Of a stretch of 55,351 nt of DNA, positions 17,103 through 26,049 are shown one piece after another. The notes under the pieces were generated by a model, which saw nothing but the letters and a program-made list of their open reading frames with translations, searched no databases and was not told where the DNA came from. The first letter of the stretch is position 1. Each line of letters begins with the position of its first letter. Made by a program: the position numbers and the translations under genes. This DNA comes from Candidatus Bipolaricaulota bacterium (GTDB taxonomy: Bacteria; Bipolaricaulota; Bipolaricaulia; Bipolaricaulales; Bipolaricaulaceae): the NCBI GenBank assembly GCA_938083225.1, contig CALKCH010000016.1, forward strand, positions 1 through 55,351. Direction: 5' to 3'.

Positions 17103-17900
17103 ATGCCAGCCAGGGTGGGAGAGGAACGGTTCGCTGAACTAGTGCGGGAGGCTTTGGTGGAGCTTCCCCCAGATTTCCTGGGGTATTTGGAGGGCCTGGA
17201 GGTGCGAGTGGAGGATTATCCGGACGACGAGCTCATGCAGGAGTGGGGGCTGCGGCCCCCAAACTACCCGTTTGGCGTGTACGCGGGCCCTAGCCTCCTT
17301 GAGGCCGATAATCCCCAAGATTTCCCGGGCACGATCGTGCTCTTCCGCCGACCCCTCGAGGAGTGGTGCCAAAGCGAGGAGGAGCTCAGGGATCAGATCC
17401 GTCGTACTGTTTTCCACGAGCTGGCCCATCGCTTTGGTTTTTCCGAAGAAGAAATGCTCGAGGAACTGCGAGGTGGTGCGGGTTTCCCCCTGTCTGAAGA
17501 GGAGGGGAAGCGCGAGGCCCAGCGCTATATGGACCAAGCCCGGCATGATCTCGCCGCCGCAAAACTCCTCCTTACCCAAGGCTTTCCTGATTGGGCTTTG
17601 GAGGCAGCCCTAACCGCAGGCTATCGTGCTCTCCTGGGTTTCCTTGTGGCCAAAGAAGAGGAAGATCCGGAGGTCCTGAGCTCAGAGGACATTTCTAAGC
17701 TTCTTTTCCGCGCGGCCAAACACGACCGACGCTTCGCCCGCGGCCAAGCTCTGGCCCGATTGGACTGGGTGAGCACGGATATGGGCGATCCTGGTGTGGA
17801 ACGTCCTGGCCGGCGAGTGCGCGCCGAGGACGCCATGTTCGCCGCAAGCTTGGTAGAAGAGATTTTGAAGCTCACGGGAGGAGAGGATGGAGCGGTTTGA
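17103..17900 (+). CDS. fusion protein: Zincin_1 (DUF1025-type minimal metallopeptidase) N-domain plus HEPN C-domain
   Basis: The N-terminal half contains FGVYAG...IVLFRRPLE...TVFHELAHRFGFSEEEM (HExxH). The C-terminal half contains AQRYMDQARHDLAAAKLLLTQGFPDWALEAALTAGYRALLGFLV, an HEPN helix-1/2 pattern. Confidence 0.7.
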   Translation: MPARVGEERFAELVREALVELPPDFLGYLEGLEVRVEDYPDDELMQEWGLRPPNYPFGVYAGPSLLEADNPQDFPGTIVLFRRPLEEWCQSEEELRDQIRRTVFHELAHRFGFSEEEMLEELRGGAGFPLSEEEGKREAQRYMDQARHDLAAAKLLLTQGFPDWALEAALTAGYRALLGFLVAKEEEDPEVLSSEDISKLLFRAAKHDRRFARGQALARLDWVSTDMGDPGVERPGRRVRAEDAMFAASLVEEILKLTGGEDGAV

Positions 17901-18447
17901 GGCGGAAGTTTATGGAACACGCCTTGTTTTGTTACGTGGGGACATTACTGTCCAAGAGGTAGAGGCCATTGTAAATGCGGCCAACCCTGACCTCACTCCG
18001 GGCGGCGGGGTTTCGGGAGCCATTCACCGGGCCGGTGGGCCGGTGGTCACCGAGGCGGCGGCCCGCATCCGCCGGGAACGCAGCCGCCTCCCCACCGGTG
18101 AAGCTGTTCTCACTCCTGGAGGAAAGCTCCCCGCGCGGTACGTCATCCACACGGTGGGGCCGATCTGGCGGGGTGGAACCGCCGGAGAAGCGGAGCTTTT
18201 GGCCAAGGCCTACCGGTCCTGTTTGTCTTTGGCTGCGGAGCACGGCATCAGAACCTTGGCCTTTCCCAGCATTTCCACGGGGGCCTACGGCTATCCAGTG
18301 GCCCAGGCCGCGGAGGTGGCCCTGAAGGCTGTACAGGACTTCCTCAAGGAAAATCCAGGGAAGCTCAAGGAAGTGCGGTTCGTGTTGTTCTCCTCTTCGG
18401 ACTTTCAGACGTATCGCGCTGCCTGGGAGCGGGTGAAGGCTCTATAA
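17887..18447 (+). CDS. macrodomain protein (O-acetyl-ADP-ribose deacetylase / ADP-ribose-binding, YmdB-like)
   Basis: GDITVQEVEAIVNAANPDLTPGGGVSGAIHRAGGP and AFPSISTGAYGYP. It overlaps the upstream gene by 14 nt. Confidence 0.85.
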   Translation: MERFEAEVYGTRLVLLRGDITVQEVEAIVNAANPDLTPGGGVSGAIHRAGGPVVTEAAARIRRERSRLPTGEAVLTPGGKLPARYVIHTVGPIWRGGTAGEAELLAKAYRSCLSLAAEHGIRTLAFPSISTGAYGYPVAQAAEVALKAVQDFLKENPGKLKEVRFVLFSSSDFQTYRAAWERVKAL

Positions 18448-18456
18448 TTTGAAATC

Positions 18457-20163
18457 ATGGTCAAGGAGGGGAAGGCCAGAGACACGGTTCTCGTCTTTTT
18501 TCCAGACGGTAGGATTTTGGAAGGGCCGGTGGGCACAAAGCTCGAAGAGTTTGTGGCTGCGGCCTACCCTGATCCTACGGTCCCGGCCGTGGCCGCCCTG
18601 GTGGACGGCGAGCTGCGGGAGCTGGGGGAGCCCCTGCGCCGCGACGCTGAAGTACGCCCGATTTTCCTCACTGACTCCGAGGGCATCCGTATTTACACGC
18701 GTTCCTTGAGTTTCCTCCTGGCGGCGGCCGTGGCCGAACTTTTCCCCACCTCCCGTCTCATCATCGATCACTCCGTACCTTTCGGCGGTTACTACTGCTG
18801 GGTGAGCGGCCGTTCTCCTTTTTCGGGGGAGGAGCTAGCCCGCATTGAGGGGCTCATGCGCACCTGGGTCGAGGAAAACCGGCCCATCGAAAAGCGGATT
18901 TTGCCCGCTTCCGAGGCAGCCCGGATCTTCGCCGAACAGGGACGCCCCCAGAAAGCTGCGCTGTTGAGCGCCCTGAATGCCTCGGCTATCCCTCTCTATC
19001 GGCTGGGTTCTTTCCAGGATCATTTGTTTGGGCCGATGGTTCCTTCCGCCGGCTACCTCCAGTACTTCCGTCTCCATCCCTACCACCAGGGGTTCATCTT
19101 GCAGTTCCCCCGACGGGAGCGGCCCACAGAGCTCGCTCCTGTGGAGGATTACCACGCACTTTGGCAGGTTTTTGAGGAATACGGGCGGTGGTTGGAGCTC
19201 CTTGGGGTCTACGACGTGGTCACGATGAACGAGACCATACGCTCCGGCCGCATTACCGAGATCATCCTTGTTTCTGAAGCTTTGCACGAGCAGCGCATCG
19301 CACAGCTGGCCCAGACCATAGCCCAGCGAAACCCTAAAATTGTTCTTATCGCTGGGCCTTCTTCCTCGGGTAAAACTACGTTCACGAAAAGATTAGCCAT
19401 TCAGCTTTTGTCTTTAGGACTGCGCCCTTATCCCGTGTCCTTGGACGACTACTTTTTGCCCCGGGAGGAGATGGCTCGTCGCGGACTCACGGATTTCGAC
19501 GACATTTCCGCTGTGGACCTCCCCTTTTTCCACCAACAGATGGCCGAGCTCCTTGCTGGCCAAACCGTGACCCTCCCGTATTTCGACTTTCCCACCGGCC
19601 AGCGTAAGCCCGGGCTCACCCTAAAGCTCCACGAAGATGCCCTTCTCTTGGTGGAAGGATTGCACGCCCTGAACCCTGCGGTATTGCCAGAAGACCTCGG
19701 CTCCGAGGTTTTTCGCATCTACGTCTCAGCTCTGACCCAGCTCAACATCGATGATCACGTGCGCATTTCCACCACCGACACGCGTCTCATCCGCCGGATC
19801 GTGCGGGATATCGCCTTCCGTGGCTATTCCGCGGAACAGACCTTGAGCCTTTGGGCGAACGTACGCCGTGGGGAAAAACGTTTCATTTTCCCCTTCCAGG
19901 GGCGGGCAGACGCGATGTTCAACACCGCTTTGGTCTACGAGTGGAACGTGTTGCGCTCCCGGGTCGAGCCCCTTCTTTTGCAGGTGCGTCGCCCTCGACT
20001 GCGCCTGGAGGCGGAAAGGCTTTTGGGGATTGTTCAGCTGTTCACTCCTTATCCCGGGGAGGAGGTGCCGGCCACTTCCATCCTCCGGGAATTCATAGGC
20101 GGAGGAATCCTGGCGGGGTACTACCCAAGCCCGTTTGAGCGGGCCACCTGGAGGCGCACATGA
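18457..20163 (+). CDS. TGS/ThrRS-second-additional-domain plus uridine-kinase-like P-loop nucleoside kinase
   Basis: N-terminal TGS-like segment VLVFFPDGRILEGPVGTKLEEF. Walker A IAGPSSSGKTTFTKRLAIQL and LVEGLHALNP are typical of the Udk/PRK family. Confidence 0.8.
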   Translation: MVKEGKARDTVLVFFPDGRILEGPVGTKLEEFVAAAYPDPTVPAVAALVDGELRELGEPLRRDAEVRPIFLTDSEGIRIYTRSLSFLLAAAVAELFPTSRLIIDHSVPFGGYYCWVSGRSPFSGEELARIEGLMRTWVEENRPIEKRILPASEAARIFAEQGRPQKAALLSALNASAIPLYRLGSFQDHLFGPMVPSAGYLQYFRLHPYHQGFILQFPRRERPTELAPVEDYHALWQVFEEYGRWLELLGVYDVVTMNETIRSGRITEIILVSEALHEQRIAQLAQTIAQRNPKIVLIAGPSSSGKTTFTKRLAIQLLSLGLRPYPVSLDDYFLPREEMARRGLTDFDDISAVDLPFFHQQMAELLAGQTVTLPYFDFPTGQRKPGLTLKLHEDALLLVEGLHALNPAVLPEDLGSEVFRIYVSALTQLNIDDHVRISTTDTRLIRRIVRDIAFRGYSAEQTLSLWANVRRGEKRFIFPFQGRADAMFNTALVYEWNVLRSRVEPLLLQVRRPRLRLEAERLLGIVQLFTPYPGEEVPATSILREFIGGGILAGYYPSPFERATWRRT

Positions 20164-20693
20164 ACGCTTTTTCCCAGAGATTTCGGCGGATCGAACCTTG
20201 GGTAGGGTTTGCCGAAGTACAAAAACAGCTACAGCGCCAGGGTGTGTTTCTGGTGTCCGTGGACGAAAAAGGGCGGCCCAACGCCATGACCATCGGGTGG
20301 GCCCTTTTGGGCACCGCTTGGTACCAGCCGCTTTTACTGGTCTTAGTCAGACCTTCTCGCTATACCCACACCTGTATCCTGCATTCCCGCGAGTTTACGG
20401 TGAACGTGCCGTTCGGGAAGATGGAGAAGGAGTTGGGGTTTTGCGGAGAAAAGTCTGGCCGGGAGGTGGACAAGTTCCAGGAACTTCGATTGCGCTGGGA
20501 AAAAGGCCGAGAGGTTTCTGTTCCAATCCTTACGGATTGCGACCTCATCTACGAATGCCGGCTTGTTTCCCGAGTAGATCTTGTTCCCGACCACATCCTC
20601 CAGGAAGAAGTGCGCGCCCGTTATTACCCGCGGGGCGATCTACACAGCCTGTTTTTCGGGGAAATCAAGGCCGTGTGGAGGGCGCGCCAATAA
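20160..20693 (+). CDS. flavin reductase-like FMN-binding (split-barrel) protein
   Basis: ATGA overlap with the kinase gene. The sequence ...VFLVSVDEKGRPNAMTIGWA...REFTVNVP... is characteristic of Flavin_Reduct domain proteins. Confidence 0.75.
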   Translation: MNAFSQRFRRIEPWVGFAEVQKQLQRQGVFLVSVDEKGRPNAMTIGWALLGTAWYQPLLLVLVRPSRYTHTCILHSREFTVNVPFGKMEKELGFCGEKSGREVDKFQELRLRWEKGREVSVPILTDCDLIYECRLVSRVDLVPDHILQEEVRARYYPRGDLHSLFFGEIKAVWRARQ

Positions 20694-21470
20694 TCGTAGG
20701 GCCTCCACCACCCCCTCTGCAATTTTGAGGGAACGCGTGGAAAGACGAAAAGGGAGAGCGGGGTCAGGGCGAGGGTCGATCTCTACCACCTTCATCCCCG
20801 GCCGCACCTCCACCCCTGAATGCAAAAGGCCCCGGATCACCCCGGATATGGGGGCTTTCAGAACGACCTCCTCAATCTGGGCCACAGGTGTTCCTTCCTC
20901 CACGAGATCCCCGATTTCCCGTAGGGCTTGGAAGACCCCAGCCTGGGGAGCCCGCACCACCCGCTCCGTGGTCAGGCCCTCCACAGCGCAAGGCTGGTGG
21001 GTATGGGGTCGCGGACTTCCCCGCAGGTACACCCGGCCCAGCTCTGCTCCCTCCAAGGTTTCCACGGCCGCATGGCAATCCAAGCCTGCAGTGAATCCCG
21101 GGCCAAGCCCGATCACCACAGGCGCCTCTTCTATCCGCGTCCCCAAATTCCTCTTGGCCATGCGGGCATCCACCAAAACCCCGGGCCTGAGGTCAGCCAG
21201 AGCCTTTCCTTCTGGAGCCAAAATGGCCACGAGGCCCGAAAAGGCCAGCTCGAGCGCTTCCCCCGGGTTTCGGGCCAGCTTGGCCCGTACACCTTGAACT
21301 TCCCATTCCCCCCGGTACACCGCTTCTGCAAAGGAAGCGAACCTTCTCAAAACGGTCGGTTTAGGAAGTTCCACGTACACCAGGGCATAGCCCAGGGCAT
21401 GGAGGAGAATGCCCACGGCGGTGCCCACATCGCCCGCTCCCCGCACAACCACCCGTTTCATTTCTGCCAT
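20640..21470 (-). CDS. YqeB-like (selenium-dependent molybdenum hydroxylase system accessory, XdhC/Rossmann-like) protein
   Basis: I start it at ATG 21470 (MAEMKRVVVRGAGDVGTAVGILLHALGY...), because the longer track ORF runs through the upstream gene. It has a GxGxxG Rossmann motif. Overall similarity to the YqeB family is recalled from memory and not computed. Confidence 0.6.
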   Translation of the reverse strand: MAEMKRVVVRGAGDVGTAVGILLHALGYALVYVELPKPTVLRRFASFAEAVYRGEWEVQGVRAKLARNPGEALELAFSGLVAILAPEGKALADLRPGVLVDARMAKRNLGTRIEEAPVVIGLGPGFTAGLDCHAAVETLEGAELGRVYLRGSPRPHTHQPCAVEGLTTERVVRAPQAGVFQALREIGDLVEEGTPVAQIEEVVLKAPISGVIRGLLHSGVEVRPGMKVVEIDPRPDPALPFRLSTRSLKIAEGVVEALRLLARPPHGLDFPEKQAV

Positions 21471-22786
21471 GGGATGAATTGGCCGCGGCCGGGTTGGGCT
21501 AAAATTTCCCCGTCCCGCAAAACCCAGTCCCCACGGGAAAGCACAGCCACAACTTTTCCTTGGACCCGCCACCCCTGGTAGGGTGAGAAATCGGTATTCA
21601 TGTGAAGTTCCTCCGGGCGGATGGTCCAACGGGCCTGGGGGTCGAAGAGGACGAGATCCGCATCGGCGCCGGGCCTGAGGGCGCCTTTCTTGGGCCAAAG
21701 CCCAAAGGCCCGAGCTGGCCCTTCGCTCAAGTACCAGGCCAAAAGGGGAAGGCCAAGGCGTCCCCTGGCCACTCCCTCAGAGTACAGGAGCGCAAGCAAA
21801 GTCTCCACGCCGGGAAGGCCCGAAGGGAGCCGCGCAGGATCCGTACGGTAGGGTTCCTTCTGAGCGCGCGCGAAGGGGCAATGATCGGTGGCCACGGCAG
21901 TTAGCCAGCGCCGAGCTAACGCCTGCCAGAGGGCTTCCTGGTCCTGAGCGGTGCGCAGGGGAGGGGTTACGGAAAAAAGATGTCCCTCAGGGCGGTTGTA
22001 CACAGACTGATCCAACACGAGGTAATGGGGGCAAGTTTCGCCCATGATTGGTGCGCCTTGGCGACGAGCCCAACGCAAGGCGGCAAGACCCAAGGAGGAA
22101 GAAACGTGTGCGATATAGGTGGGACACCGGGTCTCCTTGGCCAAAGCGCCTACGGCCAAAATGGCTACTTCTTCGCTCAGGGCTGGCCGAGCCCCGGGAA
22201 AGGGCCCAAGCTTGGGCTCCACAAGCTCGTCGCACTCCGCATGGATCATGGCCACGCCTTCGATTTCTCGGACGGTTTCCATGGCCACTTTCAGTGTTCT
22301 TAGATCCGTGCGCCGGCCCGAGTCCCCGTAGGCCAAGTAGAACTTGAATGAGCGCAGGCCCAGCTCTCGGCAAGCTTTGATTTCTTCAACCTGGTTGGGC
22401 GTCCAGCCCACCATCTCTACGTGGAGGGAGAAATCCACGAGGCTGGGCCGGGCTTCGGCCAGGCGGGCTTCCACCGCGGCAGGCAGAGAAAGACCAGCCT
22501 GGCCCACGGTGAAGTCCAGGAAAGTGGTAACGCCCCCAGCCAGAGCAGCCCGGGACCCGCTGAGAAAATCGTCGGCTGAACATGTTCCCGCCACAGGAAG
22601 AGCGAAATGCACGTGGGCATCAATCACTCCGGGCAAAACGAGAAGCCCCGGGGCCTCCACTGTCTCCTTGGCCGAGGCTTTTTTCTTTCCCACTTGAAGG
22701 ATGCGGCCCTCGCGAATGTACACAGAGGCCGGACCAACCCGACGCGAAGTAACTACGGTTCCTCCACGAATGAGTATGGTCTCCAC
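21458..22786 (-). CDS. dihydropyrimidinase/D-hydantoinase-type cyclic amidohydrolase
   Basis: GTG 22786 gives METILIRGGTVV.... Motifs: PGVIDAHVHF (metal His-x-His), SFKFYLAY (carbamylated Lys position), MIHAE. The stop overlaps the yqeB-like start by 13 nt. The N-terminal part of the track ORF (to 23149) is antisense to rlmN. Confidence 0.75.
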   Translation of the reverse strand: METILIRGGTVVTSRRVGPASVYIREGRILQVGKKKASAKETVEAPGLLVLPGVIDAHVHFALPVAGTCSADDFLSGSRAALAGGVTTFLDFTVGQAGLSLPAAVEARLAEARPSLVDFSLHVEMVGWTPNQVEEIKACRELGLRSFKFYLAYGDSGRRTDLRTLKVAMETVREIEGVAMIHAECDELVEPKLGPFPGARPALSEEVAILAVGALAKETRCPTYIAHVSSSLGLAALRWARRQGAPIMGETCPHYLVLDQSVYNRPEGHLFSVTPPLRTAQDQEALWQALARRWLTAVATDHCPFARAQKEPYRTDPARLPSGLPGVETLLALLYSEGVARGRLGLPLLAWYLSEGPARAFGLWPKKGALRPGADADLVLFDPQARWTIRPEELHMNTDFSPYQGWRVQGKVVAVLSRGDWVLRDGEILAQPGRGQFIPWQK

Positions 22787-22826
22787 GATACAAAGTCTAT
22801 TGGTTCTCGCGCCTTTGGGCCAGAGG

Positions 22827-23894
22827 ATGGATAATTTTGGCGTGAACACGCGGCTTTTCTTGGACCTCTCGTACGAGGAGCTCGCCCAAGAGGTGGCTTC
22901 CTTGGGCGAGCCTTCTTTCCGGGCCCAGCAGATTTGGGAGTGGGCCTGGAAGCATTTGGTTTCGGATTTTTCTGCCATGACCAATCTTCGGCGCTCCTTA
23001 CGGGAGGAACTTTCCCACCGTTTTTCCCTAATCCCGTTCGAAGTGGTGGCTAGGGAATGCGACGAAGACGGAACAGAAAAAATTTTGGCCCGGCTCGGCG
23101 ACGGAGCTACGGTGGAAGCCGTGTTCATCCGGGAAGGCCCCCGCCGCACCGTTTGCGTTTCTACTCAAGTGGGCTGCCCTGTAGGCTGTGCCTTTTGTGC
23201 CACGGGCCAAATGGGTTTCGTGAGGAATCTCAGCGCAGGAGAAATCGCTGGCCAGGTTCTGTACTTCGCTCGCGCCCTCAAAGCTCAAGGCGAACGGGTG
23301 AGCCACGTGGTGGTCATGGGCATGGGAGAACCTTTTTTGAATTATGCGGCCACAAGAAAAGCTCTTCTCATCCTCAACGATGCGCACGGGTTCGACCTTG
23401 GTGCACGGCGGATCACGGTGTCCACCATTGGGGTAGTCCCGCGGATCCTGGAGTTCGCCGCAGAGGGTCACCAGTTTAATCTGGCTGTGTCTTTGCACGC
23501 TCCTTATGATTCCCTGCGTGCAAAACTCGTGCCGTTGGCGAAGAAATGGCCCATTGCCCAGGTTCTGTCTGCAGCGGAAGCCTATAGTCTGGCCACCGGC
23601 CGACGGGTGACCTTCGAGTACGTGCTTTTGCGGGGAGTGAACGATGAGCGCAGACACGCCCGGGCTTTGGCTGCCCTTCTCCGGGGAAAATTGGTGCACG
23701 TCAACCTCATCCCGTTTAATCCCGTCCCAGGACTGCCGTTTCAGCCCCCCGATTCCAAAAGTATCGAGCTTTTTCGACAGGAGCTTTTAGCCCAAGGACT
23801 CGATGCCACCGTGCGCCGCTCGCGAGGCGTCCGCATTCAAGCAGGTTGCGGACAACTTAGGACTCGGATGTCCAGGGGTAGTCCGACCTCGTGA
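22827..23894 (+). CDS. rlmN: 23S rRNA/tRNA (adenine-C2)-methyltransferase RlmN (radical SAM)
   Basis: FRAQQIWEWAW, the radical-SAM motif GCPVGCAFCATG, and GMGEP. ATG 22827 is preceded by AGAGG. Confidence 0.9.
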   Translation: MDNFGVNTRLFLDLSYEELAQEVASLGEPSFRAQQIWEWAWKHLVSDFSAMTNLRRSLREELSHRFSLIPFEVVARECDEDGTEKILARLGDGATVEAVFIREGPRRTVCVSTQVGCPVGCAFCATGQMGFVRNLSAGEIAGQVLYFARALKAQGERVSHVVVMGMGEPFLNYAATRKALLILNDAHGFDLGARRITVSTIGVVPRILEFAAEGHQFNLAVSLHAPYDSLRAKLVPLAKKWPIAQVLSAAEAYSLATGRRVTFEYVLLRGVNDERRHARALAALLRGKLVHVNLIPFNPVPGLPFQPPDSKSIELFRQELLAQGLDATVRRSRGVRIQAGCGQLRTRMSRGSPTS

Positions 23895-23930
23895 TTTCAT
23901 TTTTCTCGTTCTCTAGTGAACCCGTCATTT

Positions 23931-23960
23931 TTGACAGAGGGAGCTCTTGCCCAGTATCAT
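23931..23960 (+). promoter_or_regulatory. candidate sigma-70 promoter of the Rrf2 gene
   Basis: TTGACA (23931-23936), an 18-nt spacer, then TATCAT (23955-23960). GAAGGAGGGAAG precedes ATG 23990. Confidence 0.45.
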
Positions 23961-23989
23961 AGGCTAAACTAGGTGTAGAAGGAGGGAAG

Positions 23990-24478
23990 ATGTTGTTGGG
24001 AAGCAGACTAGCTGTGGGGATACGTGCTCTTTATGAGCTTGCACTTTTGCCCGAGCGACGCAGTGCTGTGCGTACGTTGGCGAAAAACTGCGGGGTTACC
24101 GAGTCTTTCCTGCGCCGGATTCTTTTGGACTTGCGGGCCAAGGGGTATCTCGGGGCGCAGAAGGGACGGGTGGGGGGGTTCACCCTGATCAAGGACCCGG
24201 GGACGATAAAGATTGTAGAGCTCGCGAAGATTTTGGAGAAGCAGCCAACTCTGGTTTTGGGCCAAATGCGCCGAGGGCTCCTGATGCTTGATCCCGATTG
24301 CCCTACCTATCCGTTTTGGACCAACGTTGAGGAAAAATTCATGGCTGAGTTAAAGAACCTTACGCTGGCGGACGTGATGGCCATGGCTTCGAAATCCTCA
24401 CAGGGTAAACGCAGCCGGACCAAAACCGCGAAGAAGACGCAGCAGACGGTGCGCAGGAAGACTCGGCGCTCAGGATAG
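23990..24478 (+). CDS. Rrf2-family transcriptional regulator (single Cys in the ligand region, basic C-terminal tail)
   Basis: Winged-helix segment CGVTESFLRRILLDLRAKGYLGAQKGRVGGFTL. The tail is KSSQGKRSRTKTAKKTQQTVRRKTRRSG. Confidence 0.8.
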   Translation: MLLGSRLAVGIRALYELALLPERRSAVRTLAKNCGVTESFLRRILLDLRAKGYLGAQKGRVGGFTLIKDPGTIKIVELAKILEKQPTLVLGQMRRGLLMLDPDCPTYPFWTNVEEKFMAELKNLTLADVMAMASKSSQGKRSRTKTAKKTQQTVRRKTRRSG

Positions 24479-24832
24479 TTTCTGTAAAGCTTTCCGCAGC
24501 GCCCGCAATGGCAAAAGGGCGCAGTTCAAACGCGTCTGAATGACCCCGCCCAGGGCGGAAAGAAGTTCTTTTTCCTCTAAGGTTTGGACCTCAGCCAAAG
24601 ACTTTCCCTGAATCAACTCCGTAAGTAAGGAAGCAGCGGCTTGGGAAATGGCGCAACCTTGGCCGTCAAACCGCACGTCGGTCACCTTTCCCTGAGCTAC
24701 TTTCAGCTCCAGGCGCACGGCATCCCCACAGAGGGGGTTGACTTCCATCCCTACCAGGTCCGGGGCAGCCAACCGCCCTTTGTTGCGGGGATTTTTCCAG
24801 TGGTCAAGGATGATCTCTTCGTAGGGACTCAT
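24470..24832 (-). CDS. sufU: SufU/IscU-like Fe-S cluster assembly scaffold or sulfur-transfer protein
   Basis: MSPYEEIILDHWKNPRNKG, NPLCGD, GQGCAIS, C-terminal NCALLP. The 120-aa form starts at ATG 24832. The longer track ORF is rejected. Confidence 0.85.
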   Translation of the reverse strand: MSPYEEIILDHWKNPRNKGRLAAPDLVGMEVNPLCGDAVRLELKVAQGKVTDVRFDGQGCAISQAAASLLTELIQGKSLAEVQTLEEKELLSALGGVIQTRLNCALLPLRALRKALQKLS

Positions 24833-26049
24833 CGCAGGGCCTCCCAAACGCGGTCCAGGGCCTCCAAGAAGGCCTCCACTTCCTCGCGGGTGTTGTAGAT
24901 ATGGAAAGAGGCCCGGCAAGAGGCAGCAAGACCCAAACGGCGATGGAGGGGCTGAGCGCAATGGTGGCCGGCGCGAATGCAGATCCCTTCCTGGTCCAGA
25001 AGGGTAGCCACATCGTGGGGATGCAATCCTCGCAGATTGAAAGCCACAAGGGCTCCGCGCTCCTCCGCCTTCTTGGGCCCATAAATTTCCACATGCGGAC
25101 GGGATTGCAGCCCCGCGAGGGCCAGGGTGGTGAGCTCTCGGCCGTGAGTTTGGACCACGTCCATCCCGATCCTTTCCAGATACTCCACCGCAGCGGCAAG
25201 CCCAATGGCCTGGGCAATGGGCGGAGTGCCGGCCTCGAACTTGGCCGGGGGATCCGCCCAGGTGGCCCGGTCCAACCACACCTCCCGGATCATTTCTCCT
25301 CCGGTCAAAAAAGGAGGCCACGCCTCAAGCAGCTCACTTTTGGCCCAAAGGACACCGATTCCTGTGGGGCCGAGCATCTTGTGACCGGAGAAGGCCAAAG
25401 CATCACAGCCAAGCTCGGTCACGCGCAGAGACATGTGGGGCGCAGATTGTGCGGCATCCACCACAACCACCGCACCCACCCCATGGGCCTCCTCGACGAT
25501 GTCGGAAATGGGATTCACTGTGCCCAAAACGTTGGACACGTGAGTTACGGCCACCACCTTCGTCCGCGAGGTCAACATTTTGCGGAAGGCCGCGAGGTCC
25601 AAATGGCCTTCTTCGCTGATAGGGATGGCCAGAAGCTCGGCCCTTTTGCGGCGGGCTAGTTCTTGCCAAGGGATGAGGTTCGCGTGGTGCTCCATTTCCG
25701 TGACCAGAATGCGGTCGCCGGGAGAAACCCGGGTTTCTCCCACGGCCCAGGCCGCAAGATTCAAGGCCTCGGTGGTGCCCCGGGTGAACACGACTTCCTC
25801 CGAACGAGCGCCGATGAAGGTGGCCACCCTGCGGCGCGCCGCCTCATACAGCTCCGTGGCCTCATAGGCCAGAAGGTAAATACCCCGCCGCACGTTGGCG
25901 TTCTGCTCCTGGTAAAAGCGGCTCTCCGCCAGAATCACCGAATGCGGCTTTTGACTGGTGGAGGCAGAGTCGAGGTAAATGAGGGGTTTGCCGTTTTCCA
26001 AGCGCTTGAGGACGGGGAAATCCCCACGGATTTGGGCGAGGTCCATCAT
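24829..26049 (-). CDS. sufS: cysteine desulfurase, SufS subfamily
   Basis: IRGDFPVL...IYLDSASTSQKP, SGHKMLGPTGIG (PLP Lys), RAGHHCAQP (catalytic Cys). ATGA overlap with sufU. Confidence 0.9.
   Translation of the reverse strand: MMDLAQIRGDFPVLKRLENGKPLIYLDSASTSQKPHSVILAESRFYQEQNANVRRGIYLLAYEATELYEAARRRVATFIGARSEEVVFTRGTTEALNLAAWAVGETRVSPGDRILVTEMEHHANLIPWQELARRKRAELLAIPISEEGHLDLAAFRKMLTSRTKVVAVTHVSNVLGTVNPISDIVEEAHGVGAVVVVDAAQSAPHMSLRVTELGCDALAFSGHKMLGPTGIGVLWAKSELLEAWPPFLTGGEMIREVWLDRATWADPPAKFEAGTPPIAQAIGLAAAVEYLERIGMDVVQTHGRELTTLALAGLQSRPHVEIYGPKKAEERGALVAFNLRGLHPHDVATLLDQEGICIRAGHHCAQPLHRRLGLAASCRASFHIYNTREEVEAFLEALDRVWEALR

Noticed and set aside
21471-21698. N-terminal extensions of track ORFs 20640..21698, 21458..23149 and 24470..25321
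   Set aside because: The extensions read through the preceding gene or antisense through neighbours (rlmN, sufS). Internal starts give proteins with canonical family N-termini (MAEMKRVVVRGAGDVG, METILIRGGTVV, MSPYEEIILDHW).
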